From contig DATMBG010000035.1 in the NCBI GenBank assembly GCA_035559535.1, forward strand, positions 1-64,000: a DNA stretch of 64,000 bases. The letters run 5' to 3'. Both the position numbers and the translations under genes were made by a program. Source of the DNA: Candidatus Limnocylindrales bacterium (GTDB taxonomy: Bacteria; Moduliflexota; Moduliflexia; Moduliflexales; JAUQPW01). Under the pieces are notes generated by a model. It had not been told where the DNA came from, ran no database searches, and saw nothing but the letters and a program-made list of their open reading frames with translations. This document shows, in pieces, positions 57,577 through 64,000 of the stretch (position 1 is its first letter; each line of letters begins with the position of its first letter).

Positions 57577-58533
57577 TTGTATATCTTTTTTAGGTGGATC
57601 ATTTCCACACTGATCATTTTGATCTTAACCATCCCAAATCCCGGATTGATTTGGGCAAAATCGAAGATAGAAGCAGTTCCCCTTTCCGAAGCCATTGCAA
57701 AGAAATGGGTAAAGGCGCAACTTACGGGGATTAATGAAGCACCTCAGGTGGGGAGACAGGCTGGTGAAAGTATCATGCTCCGGGTTCAAAATGTTTCGCA
57801 GCGACCTTTAGAGTTAATCATCCCACGAGGGATGGTACTACAAACCGAAGTTCGGGGTGTAACCGATATGGTGGTAAACCGCGTTGTAGGCATTCCCAAA
57901 GGGCTTAAAGAGATCATCCCGACTTCTCAGATTATTTTAGAGGATTCAGAACCGAAAGAATATATCTTAGAGGCCTACTCACTGGATTTCGGTCAAGATC
58001 CTCCTACTTTCAGTGATCCCTTTACTCTGGATGGTCCGGTGCATCCTTCCATTCAAAAGCTTCTGGAGACGCTACCACAACTTCCGGCGGAAAAACGATC
58101 CACGGAAGCCGTGCAGGTGGCGATATGGAAGCTGACCAATCCCGAATCCGAGCCGGATTTCCGGAAGGCAGGTTTTCCGGTTAAACAGGAAGATTTGAGT
58201 AATGCGCAATTTATTTTAGCCGCAGCAGGATTAGAGAATGTTCGGGTCGAGGGATATAAAAAGAACGTAGTTGTGGAAGGATTTATTTATTGTCTGCTGC
58301 CTACTGCCAATAATGAGCTAACCATGGAGCCGGGATCTTGTCCGGGAGGAGATCATCTTCATGTACTAAGAACTCAGGATGGTAAAGTTATTACCCTACA
58401 AACTTCTAAGGAAATTACCGATCAGATCGCAAAGCTATCTCAGAAAGAGAAAGCCCATGCGGTTGTTACAGGTAAATCGGTAGGTCGACTCATTATTGAT
58501 CCGGAATCCGTTACCGGCGTTGAGGATCATTAA
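57577..58533 (+). CDS. Secreted hypothetical protein with a thioester-domain-like region
   Basis: AGGAGG RBS then TTG at 57577; signal peptide ending IWA; EAYSLDF and VQVAIWKLT motifs; C-terminal Cys/His cluster. Confidence 0.6.
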   Translation: MYIFFRWIISTLIILILTIPNPGLIWAKSKIEAVPLSEAIAKKWVKAQLTGINEAPQVGRQAGESIMLRVQNVSQRPLELIIPRGMVLQTEVRGVTDMVVNRVVGIPKGLKEIIPTSQIILEDSEPKEYILEAYSLDFGQDPPTFSDPFTLDGPVHPSIQKLLETLPQLPAEKRSTEAVQVAIWKLTNPESEPDFRKAGFPVKQEDLSNAQFILAAAGLENVRVEGYKKNVVVEGFIYCLLPTANNELTMEPGSCPGGDHLHVLRTQDGKVITLQTSKEITDQIAKLSQKEKAHAVVTGKSVGRLIIDPESVTGVEDH

Positions 58534-58545
58534 GGAGATGACAAC

Positions 58546-59121
58546 ATGAGCGGGCGTGGTGAAAAGATCAAAGTTGTTGGATTAGGTGGAAGTTTAGGGA
58601 AAAAATCATTAACTTTGGCGGTTCTGAATATCTCGCTGCAAGGTGCCAAACAAGTAGGCGCCGAAGTAGAATTGCTGGATCTCCGGGAACTCTCCCTGCC
58701 TTTTTACAATCCGGAGATAAAGCTGGAGGAGTACCCGGAAAATGTCTCCCGATTCTTGAACAAGGTTCGAGAGGCCGATGGGATGATCTGGGCTTCTCCG
58801 GCCTATCACGGGACCGTTAGTGGGGCCATGAAAAATGCCCTGGATTTTTTAGAATTTCTGGCCAAGGATCAGCCGCCTTATCTTACCGATAAAGTGGTCG
58901 GTCTTATTACGACCTCTGGTGGGAGTCTGGCCGGTGTTAATGCTATCAATGCACTTAACCATATCTGTCAGGCTCTCCGAGCCTGGGTTGTTCCTCTGAT
59001 GATCCCGGTGGTCCAGGCCTGGAAGTTTTTCGATGAAGAGGGACGGATTACAGACCCTCTCCTGGAAGAGCGATTGACTTTGTTGGGAGTTGAACTGGTT
59101 AAGAAGTTGAAACATTGCTGA
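58546..59121 (+). CDS. NADPH-dependent FMN reductase
   Basis: GGSL, LPFYNP, ADGMIWASPAYHGTVSGAMKNALDFL, KVVGLI. Confidence 0.9.
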   Translation: MSGRGEKIKVVGLGGSLGKKSLTLAVLNISLQGAKQVGAEVELLDLRELSLPFYNPEIKLEEYPENVSRFLNKVREADGMIWASPAYHGTVSGAMKNALDFLEFLAKDQPPYLTDKVVGLITTSGGSLAGVNAINALNHICQALRAWVVPLMIPVVQAWKFFDEEGRITDPLLEERLTLLGVELVKKLKHC

Positions 59122-59326
59122 AGGGGAAATTAGCGGATCTGCTCCAAGGCCTCCAATCCCGAATCATCCCCTCTCACCAACGGTAAGGGGAACGAATAAA
59201 CAGGAAGGGGATAAAACTTTAAGCGTTACCGACCATTTTAAAAATATTTTTCACATCTGTTGAAATAAAAAAATAAGCTGGATTGTTGAAAATTCATTTG
59301 TTGGTGCTGTTTTGACCCTGTTTTTC

Positions 59327-59355
59327 TTGACAAAGAAAGGGAACAGTCCTATAAT
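59327..59355 (+). promoter_or_regulatory. Consensus sigma70 promoter of cdsA-dxr-rseP-glpX
   Basis: TTGACA-N17-TATAAT. Confidence 0.85.
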
Positions 59356-59435
59356 TTAGCTGGAAATAAAATTGCATCTCTTTATTTGAGGTATAAGGAT
59401 TTTCCCCGACTTTGCTCAAGAAAAGGAACTCGTGA

Positions 59436-60242
59436 TTGCACCGGAAACGTGTTTTATCTAGCATTGTTTTAGTACCCCTACTGATTCTGTTGATTCGGTA
59501 TGGAGGAATCACAAGTTTTTGGCTGGTAGTAAGTCTGGCTATCGTTCTGGGAACTTATGAATTTTATCGTATGGTCGAAGTAAGGCAGTTAACCTGTTAT
59601 AAGATCCCGGGAATGATACTGAGTTGGGTGGTTTCCTGTTCCTTTCTGTTCCAAAATATCACGCTGATTAGTTTTACATGGGCTTTTGCCTCTATGGTGG
59701 TAGTTGTGTATGCCTTATTTTCACCATACCCCCTATCCACTTCTATTATATCTGTATCTACAACCGTATTCGGAATTACTTATATAAGCTGGTTACTGAG
59801 TCATCTGGTGCTGTTACGAGGATTAGAAGGTGGGCAATGGCTTATATTTTACTTACTCCTGATCATCTGGGCCGGGGATACCGCTGCTTTTTATATCGGA
59901 TCTTATATAGGAAAGCATAAACTGGCCCCGGTGATAAGCCCAAAAAAAACGGTAGAGGGGGCCATTGGAGGATTAGGGATCAGTATGATAGCCTCCTTAA
60001 TAGCCAAGAATTGGTTACTGCCTTCTTGGGATTATAAACAAGCCCTCGTGGTAGGGGGGCTATTGGCCGTAATGGGACAGCTTGGAGATTTAGGGAAATC
60101 TATATTCAAGCGAGATGCAGGCCTCAAAGACTCGGGGAATATCATACCAGGCCACGGAGGGATCTTAGATCGTGTGGATGGTCTTTTATTCAGTACGCCG
60201 GTTTTATATTATTATGTGGTAGGGTTTGGAGGAGCCTCATGA
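59436..60242 (+). CDS. cdsA: Phosphatidate cytidylyltransferase
   Basis: WAGDTAAF, ISPKKTVEG, KRDAGLKDSGNIIPGHGGILDRVD. Confidence 0.95.
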   Translation: MHRKRVLSSIVLVPLLILLIRYGGITSFWLVVSLAIVLGTYEFYRMVEVRQLTCYKIPGMILSWVVSCSFLFQNITLISFTWAFASMVVVVYALFSPYPLSTSIISVSTTVFGITYISWLLSHLVLLRGLEGGQWLIFYLLLIIWAGDTAAFYIGSYIGKHKLAPVISPKKTVEGAIGGLGISMIASLIAKNWLLPSWDYKQALVVGGLLAVMGQLGDLGKSIFKRDAGLKDSGNIIPGHGGILDRVDGLLFSTPVLYYYVVGFGGAS

Positions 60243-61399
60243 AAAAAAATATATCTATTCTTGGATCAACAGGCTCTGTAGGTAGGAATACGTTGGAAAT
60301 CGTAGAAAATTTCCCGGAAAATTTTCAAGTCTGGGGCCTGGCAGCCCACAAAAATATCGATCTTTTAGAAAAACAAATTAAAAAGTTTAAACCTCGAATT
60401 GCTTCCCTATCTGATCCGGCACTGGCCCGCCAGTTGAAGGAAAGATGCCGGGGATATGACGTAGAAATTTTATCCGGAGAAGCGGGGGCAGTCCGGGTGG
60501 CGACGATTCCTGAAGTTGATCTGGTAGTGTCGGCTATGGTAGGGGCTGCAGGCTTGATTCCTACCTTTGCAGCCATCTCCCATGGAAAAGATATTGCCCT
60601 GGCCAATAAAGAGACTTTAGTCACGGCCGGAGAGATTATTACCCATGAGGCCAGGCGAAAGGATGTACGAATTGTACCGGTAGATAGCGAACATAGCGCT
60701 ATTTTACAGGCCATGCAGGGGCATGACCCCTCAACGGTGAAGTGCTTGATTCTGACAGCCTCAGGAGGCCCGTTCAAAAATCACTCACTTTCTGAGTTGC
60801 AGAACGTAACCCTGGAAGAAGCTTTACAACATCCAACCTGGAATATGGGTCAGAAGATAACCATCGATTCTGCAACGCTGATGAACAAGGGATTGGAGGT
60901 TATAGAAGCCAGATGGTTATTTAATATCCCCTTATCCAGGATCAAAATTGTCATCCATCCCCAGAGTATTGTTCATTCGATGGTGGAATATATCGATGGA
61001 TCCGTCATCGCCCAATTAGGCATCCCGGATATGAAAATACCCATATCTTATGCCCTGGCATACCCGGAACGCCTGCCTTTGAATCTCCCATCGTTAGAAT
61101 TGACCAAGCTTGGAAACCTGAGCTTTCAAGAACCGGATTTTGATCGGTTTCCCTGTCTCCGGTATGCTTATCAGGCGGGGGAGGAAGGAGGTTCTCTACC
61201 CATTGTGGTAAATGCTTCTAATGAAGTCGCCGTTGAGTTTTTCTTAAAAAAGAAAATTCGATTTGTGGATATCCAGGCGACGATTGGAAGAGTCATGGAA
61301 GAACACTCCCCACGTAAAGTGTCGGCTATTGAAGAGGTTTTAGAAATAGATCAATGGGCCAGACGGGAAGCCGAGAAAGTGATTAATCAGGAAAGATGA
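60239..61399 (+). CDS. dxr: 1-deoxy-D-xylulose-5-phosphate reductoisomerase
   Basis: LGSTGSVG, LANKETLV, PVDSEHSA, HPTWNMGQKITIDSATLMNKGLE. Confidence 0.97.
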   Translation: MKKNISILGSTGSVGRNTLEIVENFPENFQVWGLAAHKNIDLLEKQIKKFKPRIASLSDPALARQLKERCRGYDVEILSGEAGAVRVATIPEVDLVVSAMVGAAGLIPTFAAISHGKDIALANKETLVTAGEIITHEARRKDVRIVPVDSEHSAILQAMQGHDPSTVKCLILTASGGPFKNHSLSELQNVTLEEALQHPTWNMGQKITIDSATLMNKGLEVIEARWLFNIPLSRIKIVIHPQSIVHSMVEYIDGSVIAQLGIPDMKIPISYALAYPERLPLNLPSLELTKLGNLSFQEPDFDRFPCLRYAYQAGEEGGSLPIVVNASNEVAVEFFLKKKIRFVDIQATIGRVMEEHSPRKVSAIEEVLEIDQWARREAEKVINQER

Positions 61400-61477
61400 A
61401 GGAGGAAGGAAGAAGGATAAATTACCTTAATATCCCCTTTATCCTTCCTCCTTTATCCTTTAAAAGAGGAATTACCT

Positions 61478-62773
61478 TTGTTAACCTATATTTTATCCTT
61501 TGCCTTTGTATTAGGAGTTTTAGTCCTTGTTCACGAATTTGGACATTTTATAGCGGCCAAGAAAGCAGGAGTTAGAGTAGAAGTTTTCTCTGTAGGATTT
61601 GGGCCTCGCCTGTTTGGGTTTAAACTGGGAGAGACCGATTATCGGGTTTCTGCATTTCCCTTGGGGGGATACGTTAAATTACCCGGAGAAAATCCCGATG
61701 AAGCCACCGGAGCCCCCTGGGAGTTAAGTTCCAAGTCGGCCCCTCAACGTCTCTTAGTTTTTGCTGCCGGAGCTCTCATGAACATCCTGACGGCAATCTT
61801 TCTTCTTTCCCTGGTTTTTTTCATCGGGGTTCAAGTTCCTAAGTATTTGGATGATCCCCCGGTCGTAGGTTGGGTGGATAAAGATTCCCCGGCCGAGAAG
61901 AGTGGCTTCCAGGTAGGTGATCGGATTCTACGGGTTAACGGAAAAGAGATCTCTACCTGGGAAGATGCCTATAGCTACTTTTTGACTTCTGCAGATATTT
62001 CCTCCCAGGTGGAAGTGGAACGAGACGGAAAAGTGGTGGTCCTTCATGCAACCCCGGAATCTATAAAAAAACTGGGAGCCGGTTATATCGGTCTACAACC
62101 TCCCATGGAACCTGTTGTAGGAGGAATCCAAAAGGGTTTCCCGGCAGATAAAGAGGGGCTTCAGGAGGGAGATCGAATTGTCGCAATAAATGGTACACCC
62201 ATTTATCATTGGCTGGCCATGGCAGAAATCGTCCATAATAGTCCGGGTAAGGAACTGGAGATTACGATTTTAAGAAACGGTCAAGAGATTAAAAAGAAGA
62301 TGATCCCTCAGGTCCAGGATGGAAAGGGGTATCTGGGAATCACGGCAAAACCTCAAACGGTCTTTAAAAAGTATGGTCCTATGGAATCACTCAAAAAAGG
62401 CCTTGCAAGGACCTGGGAAATTACGGTTATGACCTTTGAGCTCCTGGGCCGATTAATTAAACGAGAAGCTTCTACAGGTGCCATCGGAGGCCCTATTATG
62501 ATCGCCCAGATGTCAGGCCAGGCCGCTAAAGCAGGAATGTCAGAACTCCTGGGTTTGATGGGCGTGTTAAGTCTTAACCTGGGAATCCTTAATTTACTCC
62601 CAATACCTGTATTAGATGGAGGCCATATTCTCTTCCTGGTGATCGAACTGATCCTGGGCCGACCTCTCAGTCTTAAAAAGCGAGAACTCGCTCAAAAAAT
62701 AGGCCTCGCCATTTTAATTCCTTTGATGATTCTGGTATTCCACAATGACATCATGAGGTTACTGGCCAAATAG
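61478..62773 (+). CDS. rseP: RIP metalloprotease
   Basis: HEFGH, two PDZ domains, NLLPIPVLDGG. Confidence 0.95.
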   Translation: MLTYILSFAFVLGVLVLVHEFGHFIAAKKAGVRVEVFSVGFGPRLFGFKLGETDYRVSAFPLGGYVKLPGENPDEATGAPWELSSKSAPQRLLVFAAGALMNILTAIFLLSLVFFIGVQVPKYLDDPPVVGWVDKDSPAEKSGFQVGDRILRVNGKEISTWEDAYSYFLTSADISSQVEVERDGKVVVLHATPESIKKLGAGYIGLQPPMEPVVGGIQKGFPADKEGLQEGDRIVAINGTPIYHWLAMAEIVHNSPGKELEITILRNGQEIKKKMIPQVQDGKGYLGITAKPQTVFKKYGPMESLKKGLARTWEITVMTFELLGRLIKREASTGAIGGPIMIAQMSGQAAKAGMSELLGLMGVLSLNLGILNLLPIPVLDGGHILFLVIELILGRPLSLKKRELAQKIGLAILIPLMILVFHNDIMRLLAK

Positions 62774-62806
62774 GAAGAGAATAGGAGTGTGTGGGGGTGT
62801 GGGGAT

Positions 62807-63772
62807 ATGGAACGTAATTTAGCTTTAGAATTTGTTCGGGTCACCGAAGCCGCTGCATTAGCCAGCTCCAGATGGATGGGCAGAGGGAATGAAAAAGCTG
62901 CCGATCAAGCGGCTATAGAGGCCATGAGACGGGCCTTTAATTTTGTGGAAATTAACGGTACCGTGGTTATCGGAGAGGGGGAACAGGACGAGGTGCCCAT
63001 GCTTTATACAGGTGAAAAAGTCGGCACCGGTCATCCCCCGGAGACCGATATTGCCCTGGATGCCTTAGAGGGGACGACTATCACGGCACTTGGAGGCTAC
63101 AATGCCTTATCAATTATCGCAGCAGCCGGTAAAGGATGTATTCTATCTGTTCCCGATATTTATATGGAAAAAATTGCCGTAGGCCCTCGGGCTAAAGGAG
63201 TTATCAATATCGAGGCTTCCCCGACCCAAAATTTGAAAGCCGTGGCACAGGCCCTGGATTGCCCTCTAGAAGACCTGACGGTGGTGATCCTCGATAGACC
63301 CCGTCATGAAGCTTTAATCAGGGAAATTCGAAGCAATGGAGCCAGAATCCGGTTAATTCCCGATGGAGATGTCTCGGGGGCTATTGCAACCGCCATGGAA
63401 GGCTCCGGTATCGACATTCTGATGGGAATCGGTGGCGCTCCCGAAGGCGTTTTAGCCGCTGCCGCTCTTAAATGTTTGGGAGGGGATATGCAAGGTCGTC
63501 TAGTTTTTCGAAACGATCTGGATAAGGAACGCGCCCGGGAAGCCGGAATTGAAGATACCGATAAGATCTTTACCCTTGAAGATATGGTCCGGGGAGAAGA
63601 GGTAATGTTTGCAGCTACCGGTGTAACCGATGGGGATATGCTTAAAGGAGTTCGCCGTCTCAAGGAAGGAGCCGAGACGTACTCCGTCGTTATGAGATCC
63701 CCAACCCATACGATTCGGTTTATCCAGGCCATCCATTGTGCGGCTACCATTAAAGCAAAAATTGGGCTATAA
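62807..63772 (+). CDS. glpX: Class II fructose-1,6-bisphosphatase
   Basis: RVTEAAA, VIGEGEQDE, LEGT, DGDVSG, GGAPEGV, AATGVTDG; likely start MERN at 62807. Confidence 0.95.
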   Translation: MERNLALEFVRVTEAAALASSRWMGRGNEKAADQAAIEAMRRAFNFVEINGTVVIGEGEQDEVPMLYTGEKVGTGHPPETDIALDALEGTTITALGGYNALSIIAAAGKGCILSVPDIYMEKIAVGPRAKGVINIEASPTQNLKAVAQALDCPLEDLTVVILDRPRHEALIREIRSNGARIRLIPDGDVSGAIATAMEGSGIDILMGIGGAPEGVLAAAALKCLGGDMQGRLVFRNDLDKERAREAGIEDTDKIFTLEDMVRGEEVMFAATGVTDGDMLKGVRRLKEGAETYSVVMRSPTHTIRFIQAIHCAATIKAKIGL

Positions 63773-63793
63773 CTATAAATAAAATCCACAGCC

Positions 63794-64000
63794 TTACAAC
63801 CCCTCGAACTTCCTTAACACCAGGGCAGAATTTTTCGATCCGAATCCGATACAGTTACAAACCGAAGTTCGAATCTCGGCTTTTCTTCCAACGTTGGGAA
63901 CATAGTCCAGATCACATTCCGAATCGGGGTTTTCATAATTTATGGTAGGGTGAATAAAATGATTCACCATACTCAACAGCGTTGCCACGACCCCGGCCGC
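63794..64000 (-). CDS. C-terminus of a beta-ketoacyl-ACP synthase (FabF-like), partial
   Basis: AAGVVATLL...HPTINYENPDSECDLDYVPN...NCIGFGSKNSALVL. Confidence 0.8.
   Translation of the reverse strand, partial: AAGVVATLLSMVNHFIHPTINYENPDSECDLDYVPNVGRKAEIRTSVCNCIGFGSKNSALVLRKFEGL

Noticed and set aside
57380-59300. Genomic island integrated at the tmRNA 3' end
   Set aside because: No integrase and no duplicated ssrA 3' end seen; a normal terminator follows

Overview
Chromosomal window from a diderm bacterium (LpxH-like and OmpA-domain genes present; taxonomy not determinable from this window). No prophage, integrase, transposase or CRISPR array is visible. Positions 1-36 kb are a cell-surface glycan region resembling a PEP-CTERM/exosortase-A-associated exopolysaccharide system: priming sugar transferase, chain-length determinant, tyrosine autokinase, ExeA-like ATPase, O-glycosylation ligase, deacetylase, flippase, GT4 and GT-C enzymes and a PEP-CTERM protein. 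It also holds two paralogous secreted lyase-like proteins (849 and 1840 aa), an OmpA-domain outer-membrane protein and a large beta-propeller protein. Five candidate sigma54 promoters serve this region, and a c-di-GMP-I riboswitch precedes the 1840-aa gene. Positions 36-45 kb are a TPP-riboswitch-controlled thiamine operon. Positions 45-64 kb hold mostly housekeeping genes (lpxH-like, dacB, cutA, fabH, plsX, rpmF, yceD, tmRNA, cdsA, dxr, rseP, glpX, partial fabF-like) plus a YdjC/UbiA/PA14-GT-C glycosylation trio. Intergenic DNA is rich in two MITE-like families, REP-like hairpins and 7/8-mer tandem repeats, two of which contribute to protein C-termini. All family assignments come from motif recognition by eye, not database searches.
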